Assembly (NCBI GenBank): GCA_976226885.1 | Contig: OZ320319.1 | Span: 53,568,001-53,632,000 of the forward strand | From: Iphione sp. A-MEVVRFRX5 | Lineage: Eukaryota | Direction of reading: 5' to 3' | DNA: 64,000 nt | The notes under the pieces: model-generated | Seen by the model: only the letters and a program-made list of their open reading frames with translations | Databases searched by the model: none | What the model was told of the DNA's origin: nothing | In this document: positions 34,552 to 44,867 of the stretch, one piece after another | Position numbering within the stretch: the stretch's first letter is position 1 | Layout: every line of letters starts with the position of its first letter | Program-made: the position numbers and the translations under genes

Positions 34552-35997
34552 ATGGCTTCTCCCCATTTTTCGTTAGACAATTTTTTAGATGAAGAGGTTC
34601 AGTCTTCTGCCAAGAAAAGGCCTAAGAGAACTCCGAAGGGTTCAAAGAAGACGCCTCAAGGCAAAACTCCTCGAAAAAGACGGTCTCAGGTGGATTCAGG
34701 ACCACCGGCGAAAGTTCCAAATTTGTCGGACCATGTGACCGACCACTCCGACCAACAGGCCTCCCCTCCCTCCTCCCCCCCGCCTGTACTAACCCCTCAG
34801 GCCATCCAATCTGTTGACCAGTCCGATACAGGGGGTGGGTCGTCTCAAGTGGTTGGGGCCAATTCAGATGTCCTACTTCAAGCTATCGTAGGTCTTCAGG
34901 CCAGCATGAAGGTTTTGGATGAAAATTTGGGGAAAAATTTAACCCAGGGTATCAATGCTATTGTTGATACGGTTGCTGCTTTGGGTGAATCTGCTCCCCC
35001 TTTGCCTTCTTCGTCCTCTGGGGGTAAGTCTTCTTCTGGCGGTAAGGGTTCGGTCTCTACTGCTTCACGTGCTAAGACTCATGATGTTTCCCCTTCCAGT
35101 TCTCAGTGTGATTCAGATGAAGAGCAAGATAGGCCCCGTGACCATGAGGGTGTAGATTCTGATTTGGAGGGTCCTTCTGGGGACTTTATTGATTCAGCCT
35201 CGTCTGTTTTGGTTACTGATCCGTCCCTTGGGCCCCCCGCTACTGAAAAAATTGTCTCCTTCTTAGACAAGTGTATACATACCCCTTTGGGTATGGAAGC
35301 TGCTATTGCTCTGAGGAAAGATTATCCTGTGCCTTCTAACAGTGAATGGATGAAATCAGTTCGGGTCAATGAGCCGGTTTGGATTTCCTTGTCTAAGGAA
35401 GCCAAAATTAAAGACCGTTCCACCCAGAAGGTCCAGAATTACACAGTGTCTGCTATGTCTGTGCTTACTCGAGCGGTTGAGATTGTTCACAAACATACTT
35501 CCCCTCCCCAACCGTGGGTATCTATGCTTGCCAAGATGTTTACTGACTTGTCTTTTTTCTTGGGTTTGATTGATACTCAGCTAACCAAGATCCGCAGGGA
35601 GGACATCCGTCCTCACCTTCTCCCTGAGCATCGCCGATTGGCTTCTGTGGATTGCCCCGCTTCTGCAACCCTCTTATTTGGAGATTCTCTTGAGTCTTCA
35701 TTAAAAACCTCTGAAAATATGTCTAGGTTAGTTAATAGGGTAGACCGTTCAAGAAGGCAGGGGTTTCAGAGGGGTCAAAGCTACCCTTATCGCGGTTCCC
35801 CTCGTTACAGAGGTCGAGGGGGCAGGTTCAACAAAAATCCTTTTCGCAGGAGGTTTGCGTACCAGAATGCTTACAGCCAGCCCATGTATCAGTCTCAACA
35901 ACAACAACAATCTCCTCAGGGCAATGTCCCGGCCTTGATGAACCAGCCTGTTGCAGCCCCTCAGAAGCAGATTCAGGGGCCGCAGGTAAGGAAATAA
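34552..35997 (+). CDS. DIRS1 ORF1 (gag-like), 481 aa
   Basis: Open frame from ATG 34552 with DIRS gag-like segments (KDYPVPSN...VNEPVW...KVQ...LFGDSL...RGRGGR). Confidence 0.88.
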   Translation: MASPHFSLDNFLDEEVQSSAKKRPKRTPKGSKKTPQGKTPRKRRSQVDSGPPAKVPNLSDHVTDHSDQQASPPSSPPPVLTPQAIQSVDQSDTGGGSSQVVGANSDVLLQAIVGLQASMKVLDENLGKNLTQGINAIVDTVAALGESAPPLPSSSSGGKSSSGGKGSVSTASRAKTHDVSPSSSQCDSDEEQDRPRDHEGVDSDLEGPSGDFIDSASSVLVTDPSLGPPATEKIVSFLDKCIHTPLGMEAAIALRKDYPVPSNSEWMKSVRVNEPVWISLSKEAKIKDRSTQKVQNYTVSAMSVLTRAVEIVHKHTSPPQPWVSMLAKMFTDLSFFLGLIDTQLTKIRREDIRPHLLPEHRRLASVDCPASATLLFGDSLESSLKTSENMSRLVNRVDRSRRQGFQRGQSYPYRGSPRYRGRGGRFNKNPFRRRFAYQNAYSQPMYQSQQQQQSPQGNVPALMNQPVAAPQKQIQGPQVRK

Positions 35998-36002
35998 ATT
36001 TT

Positions 36003-37856
36003 GTGGCAGGTTCTTTATCTTCTTGCAGGTCTCAGTGGAGGCTTTTGTCTCCGGATTCTGAGGTTTTGCAAGCTGTTTCAGGTTATCATTTAGATTTCGC
36101 TTTAAAGCCTTTTCAGTCATTTAAGCCTAGGCCGATTTCCTTTAGTGAAGAAGAAAATGGTTTTATAGCTGATGAATTATCTAATCTTTTGCAGTCTGGA
36201 GCCATCTCTTTGGTGGATGACCCTCCTCCGGGATCTTTCTTCTCTAACATTTTTCTCCGTCCTAAGCCTAACGGATCTTTTCGAATGATTTTGGACTTGT
36301 CTAAACTTAATTTGTTTATTTACTATAGGCATTTCAAGATGGAGACTCTGGAGACAGTCCTACCCCTTCTTACCCCAAATTGTTTTTTAGCCTCTATTGA
36401 TTTAAAAAATGCTTACCATTCTATCCCCATTTTCTCTCCTCACAGGAAGTTTTTGTCTTTTACCTGGAATGACTCTACCTATGTCTACAACGCTTTGCCT
36501 TTTGGCCTTTCGTCGGCTCCCAGGCTCTTCACCAAAGTGATGGCTCCACCCCTGTCTTTTCTACGAGATAAGGGTTTGATTATTGTATCATACATAGATG
36601 ATATTTTGATTATGGCTGATACCTTTGATTTGTGTGTTGAACATGTCAATATGACTATTGCTCTTTTATTAAAGCTAGGCTTTTTCATTAACTACCAGAA
36701 GTCGGTCCTGCAACCAGCAAACCAAATTGTGTTTTTGGGGTATTTAGTAGACTCTGTGTCTATGTCTGTCAGGCCTACTGAGCTGCGTGTTACTAAGATT
36801 TTTGATGCTGTTTCTAATTTGTTGATTTCTCCTGATTTAGTCATAAGGAAAGTGGCCCATGTTATAGGTCTTCTGGTAGATGTTTCCAGAGCCTCTAAAT
36901 ATGGCCGTAACCATCTCAGGCCTCTGGAGGTGGACAAGACCTTAGCCCTGTCGGCCTCTAGGGGTTCATATGATGGTCATATGCGCCTTTCGCTGCCTTC
37001 CCTTGTGGAGTTACGGTGGTGGCTTGAGAATTTGCCTTTGGTTTCGAAGTCCATTCTCCCACTTGTGTCACATCTTCTCTGCACTACTGATGCTTCAGAG
37101 TTTGGTTGGGGTGCTGTTTTCCAAGGTACCTCCATAGGTGGGAGATGGCTACCCCATGAGTCGACCTTCCACATCAACATCCTGGAACTTAAGGCTATTT
37201 ATTTAGCTGTTAAGAGTTTTTTCAGTCAGCATAGGGATGTCACAATTTTTGTTTTTTCAGATAATACGACTGCCATTTCCTACCTTAACCACATGGGGGG
37301 TACAAAGTCTCCCCCTTGCCGGGCGATTGCGAAGAAAATTTGGACCTTCTTAGAACAGCGTAATCTGTTTGCTCATGCTTTTTATATTCCAGGTGTCTAT
37401 AACACTTGTGCAGATTATGCTTCAAGGCGTTTTAAGGACAATATTGAGTGGAAGCTTGGTCCTGTTGTTTTTCAGGAAATTGTTCAAGCTTGGGGTTTGC
37501 CGGATGTTGATCTTTTTGCGTCGAGGATCAATAATCAACTGCCTTTGTATGTTAGTTGGCGTCCGGATCCTGCTGCTCAGTGGGTGGATGCTTTTTCTCT
37601 TGACTGGTCACAGTTCTCATTCCCATACTTATGTCCCCCTTTCTCTATTATTTCTAGATGCCTACTCAAGCTTCAGTTCGACGCTCCATCTCAAGCAGTC
37701 TTGGTTGTTCCAGCTTGGCCAAACAGGCCTTGGTACAGCAGGGCCCTCAACGCAGCTCGTCAAACACTCTTCTTCAGGAAAAGTCCGTTCAACTTACTCA
37801 ATCACAGGGGCGCTCCAGCTATGGCGCCTATCGCCATTATGGCCCTTCTCTTTTGA
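36003..37856 (+). CDS. DIRS1 ORF2: reverse transcriptase - RNase H - Dam-like methyltransferase domain
   Basis: RMILDLS, SIDLKNAYHSIPI, LPFGLSSAPRLFTK, YIDD 36591-36602, TDAS...HINILELKAI...DNTTA, and VDLFAS...DAFSLDW...YLCPPF. No ATG until 36285. Confidence 0.95.
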   Translation: MAGSLSSCRSQWRLLSPDSEVLQAVSGYHLDFALKPFQSFKPRPISFSEEENGFIADELSNLLQSGAISLVDDPPPGSFFSNIFLRPKPNGSFRMILDLSKLNLFIYYRHFKMETLETVLPLLTPNCFLASIDLKNAYHSIPIFSPHRKFLSFTWNDSTYVYNALPFGLSSAPRLFTKVMAPPLSFLRDKGLIIVSYIDDILIMADTFDLCVEHVNMTIALLLKLGFFINYQKSVLQPANQIVFLGYLVDSVSMSVRPTELRVTKIFDAVSNLLISPDLVIRKVAHVIGLLVDVSRASKYGRNHLRPLEVDKTLALSASRGSYDGHMRLSLPSLVELRWWLENLPLVSKSILPLVSHLLCTTDASEFGWGAVFQGTSIGGRWLPHESTFHINILELKAIYLAVKSFFSQHRDVTIFVFSDNTTAISYLNHMGGTKSPPCRAIAKKIWTFLEQRNLFAHAFYIPGVYNTCADYASRRFKDNIEWKLGPVVFQEIVQAWGLPDVDLFASRINNQLPLYVSWRPDPAAQWVDAFSLDWSQFSFPYLCPPFSIISRCLLKLQFDAPSQAVLVVPAWPNRPWYSRALNAARQTLFFRKSPFNLLNHRGAPAMAPIAIMALLF

Positions 37857-37870
37857 AAGCAGCAGTCCAA

Positions 37871-38782
37871 ATGAAATGTCTTTCCAAGTCTGTTAGGGAT
37901 ATCATTCTTCAATCGTGGCGGTCTAGGACGCGTCTCCTTTATGACTCCTATCTTAAGAGATGGAATACTATGTGCTTCATTAAGGGGTGGGATCCCTTGT
38001 TTCCTCAATTAAGGCAGCCTCTTCAGTTCTTGGTAGATCTTTTCAATAAAGGTCTACGTTATAGTGCCTTGAATACAGCGCGCAGTGCTCTGTCGGCAGT
38101 TCTTCCCCAGTATGATGGTGTAGCCTTTGGCAAGCATCCTGATACAGTGAGGGTTCTCACTGGGTTTTTCAACCTTAGACCTCCTGTGGCCCGTATTGAT
38201 TATGTTTGGGATGTCCAGAAAGTATTGAATTATCTCCGTTCTTGGTCCCCTAATTCTTCTATTTCTCTTAAACAATTATCGTTGAAGTGTTTAATGCTGT
38301 TGTTACTTGCCTCTTGTGGTAGATTGCAAACTATTCATCAAGTTATGCTGCCTAACATTCATTCTCTAGGTGATGGGTCCCTCCAAATTAATTTCACCTC
38401 GACCCTTAAACATTCCAGGAAGGGCAGGCCTGCGTCAAAGATTTTGTTGCATAAGTTTACTAAACATCCATCTATTTGTGTGTTGAAGTGCCTTAAAGCT
38501 TATATTTCTGCTACGTCTTCTTTGCGGGGTTCTGCTGAGCAATTGTTCATTAGTCATAAGTCTCCATATAAGCCTGTTACTACAGCCACTATGGCTAGAT
38601 GGGTTAAGGAAGTTTTACTGTCAGCTGGTATTGATATATCAAAGTTTACTGCGCACTCTACCCGTTCCGCCTCTGTTTCCAAGCTGTCTAAGATGGGAGT
38701 TCCCATCAATGATATTATGAAGAGGGGGATGTGGTCTAATGCCAGCACTTTCCAAACGTTTTATTTGAAGGAGATCCATTAA
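37871..38782 (+). CDS. DIRS1 ORF3 tyrosine recombinase (303 aa from ATG 37871; the frame is open upstream, overlapping ORF2)
   Basis: Catalytic R (SCGRLQ), K (TLKH), HSTR, W (GMW) and Y (TFY) all present. Confidence 0.93.
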   Translation: MKCLSKSVRDIILQSWRSRTRLLYDSYLKRWNTMCFIKGWDPLFPQLRQPLQFLVDLFNKGLRYSALNTARSALSAVLPQYDGVAFGKHPDTVRVLTGFFNLRPPVARIDYVWDVQKVLNYLRSWSPNSSISLKQLSLKCLMLLLLASCGRLQTIHQVMLPNIHSLGDGSLQINFTSTLKHSRKGRPASKILLHKFTKHPSICVLKCLKAYISATSSLRGSAEQLFISHKSPYKPVTTATMARWVKEVLLSAGIDISKFTAHSTRSASVSKLSKMGVPINDIMKRGMWSNASTFQTFYLKEIH

Positions 38783-38835
38783 GGTTTGTTTCTCTTTTTA
38801 GGTTTCCTTTCTACACATGTTCGCTAGCTTTAAAG

Positions 38836-38959
38836 TCTCATGGAAGCCCTCTAGTGGGCATATACAGAATTAAAATTTGTAGGAAATACGAACTTACCTT
38901 GAGTAAGTGATGTATAAACGTAATTTTCCTATCTGTATATGCCCACAAGGGGGCATCGA
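38836..38959. repeat. DIRS internal complementary region (ICR)
   Basis: 38836-38877 is the reverse complement of the left terminus from 34237, and 38871-38959 is the reverse complement of the right terminus ending at 39156. The two halves overlap at TAAAATT. Confidence 0.93.
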
Positions 38960-39636
38960 TGCCCTCCCATGTATACCCACCCTGATACATGCTCTCCTGT
39001 GTTTTCAGGAAACCTTTGCTTTCAACAACTGAGGTGTGCCAGTCGTATCCGACGCTAGGGGTTCTCATCGATGCCCCCTTGTGGGCATATACAGATAGGA
39101 AAATTACGTTTATACATCACTTACTCAAGGTAAGTTCGTATTTCCTACAAATTTTATACATTAATTGCTTGGTAATTTTTTTCTTTTTTAAATGTTCTCA
39201 TGACTACATAATCAACTCAGGGCTTTTTGATTGGCAAAAAGAACCAGCGATAGAATTAGTAAGAAGATTATTAACATGTGCTACATTCCTCTGACTCGGC
39301 CAGAGTTGTGCTAAAATTCTACCTTTTCGACCCATCCTACAGAGGCATCGGGGTACCGCCAAACTTAAAAAAAAAATCAAAGAATTTTGTAACCTTACTA
39401 TTTTCGGTGGGCTGAATTTTTGCTTCTCTATTCTTTGGAATCACCACTTCTCGGTGATCTGCCTACTGATTTGAATCACTTACCATCCCACCCCCACAGC
39501 TTGGCCACCTGCTTCACGCATGAAGTGCGTGGCGCATGCCCGTTCCTTGGTAATAGATAATGACGTAAATGCACGTGCGTGCCCATCCTTCGGAGAATAT
39601 TGGGCATCTGTACCCTCTGAATCTGATGAAACTCCA

Positions 39637-39782
39637 TAGAGAGGGAGAGAGACAGGCAGGCAGAAAGGGAGAGACAGAGTGAAAGACAATCAGAGACGAC
39701 CAAAGAGAGACAGATACACAGAAAGAAAGGGTGAGAGTAAAACAGAGAGAGAGGGAGAGAGACAGAGACGCAGAAAGCATAC
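39637..39782. repeat. Imperfect (GA)n microsatellite
   Basis: Direct reading. Confidence 0.9.
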
Positions 39783-42060
39783 AGAAATATAGGCAGTCAT
39801 TAGGTGGGATTCTTTGTTTGGAAACTTTGTAAAATTTTGTAAGTTTAAAGAAAAAAGGGAAATCCTGTTGTTTTGTGAAATGCGCACACGCCAATGTCAT
39901 GTATATAGTTTACAGGTCTAAGGTCTAGGTAGTAACCACATTATATATTACGTCCTCTAGAAAATAACATTATGCATGTACACGTGCATATATGTCGCGA
40001 ACCCTAGGCCTAACAGCTGCTCCATACACTACACAGAAAAAAAAACCTTCAAAAATGTTTCGAGCAATAAGGCTTGCTAGTATGTCATCATCCTCTGCAT
40101 GATATATGACTAATAAAGTAGAGGTAAGGTTACCAGAGTTTCATTGAATTGTACACTAATGCCGCTGAGGTACATTTTTGCTAATACACGCAGTTAGTTT
40201 ATCATAAATCACAGTTTATCGTTTTTATCAAAAACAGAGGTAATCCTCTACATGTACATTTAAGATTTTTATGTCAACTTCTCCACTACAGATGTTTTTA
40301 GAGAAACAAAAAATGACCCTTTGGACTTTAGTACATGTATATTGATGGGTAATCGGTTTCCCCAAGACAACGTTTCACGGTGACCTTCTTTCAAGCTCCA
40401 CACTGATAGACCAATTACCTAAGAGTGTAGTCAAGTTCCCCAGATGCCAAAATTCCACAGACTTAGTCATACTAAGCAGTATTTGAACTCATCCCTGTGA
40501 TAGAACCATTTATGTACATGTAATAAGTCTATTTTAAAAACAACTTTTTGAAATATAAAACCTTATAGTTTGCCTATGAGGACACAGTACTCAGGAGTTT
40601 TACTCACCTACGCTGAGGCATGGTGACAGCCCTGCATTCACTGCATAGACCTACACTAACCGCCAGATGCAGAAATTGGAGGTATTGGGCAAGTCTTGTT
40701 AAATGAATCATGAAACTCCTATTTGTGGATCAGGATACGTTGTACTCCTCTACATATATACATTATGTAACAAAATTAACGACGTTTTATCTTTTCAAGG
40801 ATAACTTTGATACAAGCTCATCGTGGTGATACACAGCCACATAGATTAATTCGGCATTGAAGGGATTCATTTGCCGGTGATCGATTCTTTAGTTGGCCAT
40901 TGACAAATTACTTCATGAAGGGATCACAGTTAAAATATATATTAGGTCCTGGCGTGTAGCGGACAGAAGAAGAAAAGAAGAGAGGGTAAGATTGAACGAA
41001 ATGGCGATGTTTTTTTGGTGTTTAATTTGTTGTGGCTTGCATTATATATTTAAGCTAATGAGGGCTTATTCCATAAAACCGAGAACGTTTGTACCGACAA
41101 AGAACGAAAATATTTTATAGTTGCATAGTCTAAATTGGTTCTTTAGAAAACAAGGGCCAAATTAAATTTGCTTCACATGTACATCATAAAAGCGTTAATA
41201 TAATCAGAAATTCATGTTGTTACAAATACACGTAAATTGAAATCTCACTAATCTGCACAATAAAGAGCCTCAGTTAAATCGATCTGAATGGGGTCATATC
41301 TGGGAGAAGTCACCATCTGTCAGCAAATTAAGTGTGGGAGGACTCCATGAAACCCTACTCTGTCAGTTGACTCGTGTGTTACTTTGCTTGCTTTTTTTTT
41401 ATCAGGTATTGGGCATGTTGTACAATTTTTCTTGTATGACTTTCTCTATTTTGTAGGCATGTCATAGAAATGTTCATGAAATGTCGAACAATCCAGGTGA
41501 TATAACTTTGAACAGAATGTGCAACCCCAGAGCAACAGGTTTGAGGTTCCACTTAGGGTCTCTTCTCTTCTTTGTTCTCTGTCATTGAAGGTGACCATGC
41601 TCTGTTTCCTTTTCCTTATCCTTTATAGGCTAGGACGGATAATGCCTTCAGGCATTCCCAGGTTAGGGTGGATAATGCCTTCAGGCTGTTATCTAAAATG
41701 ACAGGTAAACCCTCATTCTTACCAGAAAATGTTGCAGTCTGACATTAACAATGATCTATATGAATGTATTCCAAGCTTATTTTCTAGAAATATACAATGA
41801 ACTATCTTTTTTTAAACATATTTATTTAGTTATTTCAACTTTTTTTAATTTATACTGGCAATAGATATACATCTAGGTATTTGTAGCCAGGTTTACTACA
41901 TCCAATTTCTTATCCATATCAACCTTATAATTCTCATAAGTACTAAGCAATATAAAATAGTAAAGAAAGAAATTAGATTTCCCCGCCTCCTGGACACATT
42001 ATTGTGTTATGACCCCGTATTGATTAGAAATCATCCCCCAAACCAGCCGACCTTAATGGA

Positions 42061-43560
42061 CTAATGGACATGGCCAGCGTAGTGCAGCTGACTTTTCTTG
42101 AGGAGAATGAAAATACTGAAAAGACCTGTTTTAGTTGTCATTTCTGTGTCTGGGATCTTGTCTTGACATTTGACATTGAGGAGCTTTCTAAGGCAAGAGA
42201 GGACAAAATAGTTCAGTTTCTTGGCATGGCACTGGTATTCTGTCCAAGTGTCAGCACCAAAGAGTAGGGTAGTAAGGATGACTGCTAGGTATATTTGGAC
42301 TTTTGTGTTCAAGTAGATAAATGTTTCCTATACATAACTATTATACCAACACATCTGCAATAAGGACTGCTACTTTTAAAGAGTGTCTTCCTATGGACAG
42401 CGTTGTCGCATGAATTTGGGGCTGCAGGGAGGCCTCAGAAATCATTTTCAAAGGTAGAATGAATAAATCCATGTAGATGAGCTGTTGTCACATGAATTTC
42501 AAGCTGTAGGGAGGCCTCAGAAGTCATTTTCAAAGGTAAACATGAATAAACCCATACGGATAAGCTGTTGTCACATGAATTTAGTGGTGCAGAGAGGCCT
42601 CAGAGGTCATTTTCACACGTTTCCTTTAATATCCCACTAAAAAAATGTGTGACTTTTAGGACTTACTTTTTAAATTTAGCACTTTTATAGACTCTTACTC
42701 ATTAAATTCAGCACTTTTTGGACTCTCACTCTTCAAATTCTGTATTTGTTGGACTTTTACTCATCAATTCAGCACTTTTTGGATTCTAACCTGTTATAAG
42801 TCTACTTCTGTGTCATTCACATCCATTCACAAATACACATGTTATATGCTACTCATGATCTACAAACCAGCGGATAATTTGAGGCAGAACGGAGGGTGTC
42901 CAGAATCAGGATGTTCCACTGTATGTAGTTGCCCCAAAACACAGCTTGCTTTAGAGATGTGAGCATCTGTCTCTCTGTCAATGTTAATTTGATGGGATAG
43001 TGTGCTGCCAAGGTAGGTGGATTTGTCGACACATTTTAATGGCTCATGTCCCACAGCGACTCAAGGTTTGATATATACCTGGCCAGGAGCAGTTTGAAAA
43101 AGGACTTCAGTCTTCTTCGTACTGATGGTAAGGTCAAAGTTAAGCTGCACAACAGAGAAAAGATCTATACCTTGTTGTATATATCTTTCATTTCTTGCAT
43201 TCGGGACATAGTCATTGGCAAACATGAAGTCTCTGAGGATGATAGGGTTGGTTTTTGTCTTGGTTCTTAAGTAAGATTGAAGAGCTTTCCAGTAGTTCTG
43301 AATCTCACCTCAAACCATGGATCTTCTGGTTTGAATGCATCAGGAAGCATTACAGTGAACATGATGCTGAATGGGATTGGTACAAGGACACATCCCTGGT
43401 CAACACCATTCATGGCAGCCAATGGCTCAGAAAATTCTCCATTGTCAAGCATCTGGGTTTGCATGCCGTCATGGAATTCTCTTATCACTGACACAAATTT
43501 CTGAACGTCAACCATCAGAAGATATTGAGAAACATTGGCCACTAAGGGTACATCTGCAAT
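42061..43560 (-). mobile_element. RTE-clade (BovB-like) LINE RT relic in two pieces (43560-42900 and 42320-42061)
   Basis: IREFHDGM...GVDQGCVL...FSIMF, LRDFMFANDY (FADD site), STKKTEV, YLGSTLS, TKVQIYLAVILTTLLFGADTW...LRKLL...QDKIPDTE...QLHYAGHV. Confidence 0.9.
42397..42800. repeat. Two tandem arrays inside the segment splitting the RTE relic: about 82 bp x 2.6 and about 30 bp x 5
   Basis: gttgtcacatgaattt recurs at 42402, 42484 and 42567. cagcactttt..gactcttactc recurs over 42655-42800. Confidence 0.8.
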
Positions 43561-44513
43561 AAAGATAACCTATAACACAGTAGGTGTGCTTGTAGGGCTG
43601 GTCGAAGGCCAACGGTTTCTATGGATAGGCCGCAGAGGGATGTATATCGAAACAGCTTTGTGCATGTTGCGATACAGTGTTGAAGCCAGCTTCCTAGTGC
43701 CATCCTGAACATGGATCAGAAAATGTTTAAATCCAGAATTAAATGGCATGTACTGCTTCAAGGTCGCCATGATGAATAAAGTATTACTGCATAGCTTGAG
43801 TTTTCCGATAAAAAACATCTGTATAATTGATTTAGTTGATTCAGTAAACACATTATTCGTTCATTCATTCATACAGCTAGTTTGTGCAAGTGTCTAGACG
43901 TGCCAGAGCCTTCTAAACTCTTAGTATACATATGTAGTCTAAAAGTTACATTCTATTAAGAATCTACAATGTAAATATCACCCATAAATTGTCCAGAAAA
44001 CAAGATTTTACTGTATTAAAATATAAGTAAAAGTGTCTGTATACATTTACAAACTGGTTAGTTTTGTAGGTAATATTAGCTGTTACAGACCATGTAGATT
44101 TATGTCATAGGCAAGTGAAACTATTGAAAAAAATGTTGTTCGTATGACTATTTCTCGGTAAAATGTTTTTGAATACGTGTTAACCTTGGTGAAAATATGC
44201 AAAAATGATGCATCCAGTTCTATTTTGAGCCAGATAGAAAGTTTACTGTAAAAAGTGGTGTGTTTTGGTAAACTGCGTAGTGTAGATCCAAAATGAGAAT
44301 ACCATTAGGTACCTGATTGTATACACGTATTTGTTTGATGCATATAAATGTGCCTAAATAGATATGGTGTATAGTCCTAGTAGGTGTCTTGAACTCTAGC
44401 TTTTATCCCGGAAACAACTTGGTGAAGATCAAGGAGAAGCCACATGGCCTTGGCCATTTTAAGGATAGGTAATATCACTGCATTAGTTACGTAGTTGTCT
44501 CATATGAGTTTCA

Positions 44514-44867
44514 TAGGGCCCCCCAAATAATAGATGCATTTCTGGTTATGACCAGCCAATAACCTAGGTAGGGAGAGGGGGGGGGGTATCTTTGTTATCT
44601 TTTTTGTACTTTCTTCCTCTGGTTTTGAATAATAATAAAGACAATATGAATAATTTTGACTAATTTACGTGAGTTTTTACAGTGCTTTTTGCTGAATTTC
44701 CATGGATTTTATTGTTTTTCTACAGAAATTACCAAAAACATGTGCTATGAAAACAAGTATTTAAGGAATTTCAGCCCTGGAAACTCTTGGGGCTAAAACA
44801 TTTTGAAGTAGGGTGAGGTTTTACTAGGTAGGCGTGGGTAAACAGAAACACACCTATTTTTTGCCTA
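44514..44867. mobile_element. MITE, copy 1 (about 355 bp)
   Basis: Imperfect TIR aggc..aaatagrtgyrtttctg / cagaaacacacctattttttgcct. Homologous over its length to 54394-54750. Confidence 0.75.

Larger units (their letters stand above)
34237..39156 (+). mobile_element. Full-length DIRS1-type YR retrotransposon with ITRs and internal complementary region, apparently intact
   Basis: 44-bp perfect inverted repeat 34273-34316 / 39025-39068. ICR 38836-38959 is complementary to the left terminus and to the right terminal extension. AATTTTA at both ends. Three uninterrupted ORFs. Confidence 0.95.

Noticed and set aside
35985-35991. Donor CAG|GTAAGG at the gag end splicing to the YR acceptor
   Set aside because: Phase 0 in gag versus phase 1 acceptors, so the product is out of frame.
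35996-36002. AAATTTT as a -1 slippery site for Gag-RT fusion
   Set aside because: It overlaps and follows the gag stop codon and is in the wrong phase.
35749-38748. Antisense ORFs across the DIRS element
   Set aside because: Short shadows of the long sense ORFs, with no motifs.
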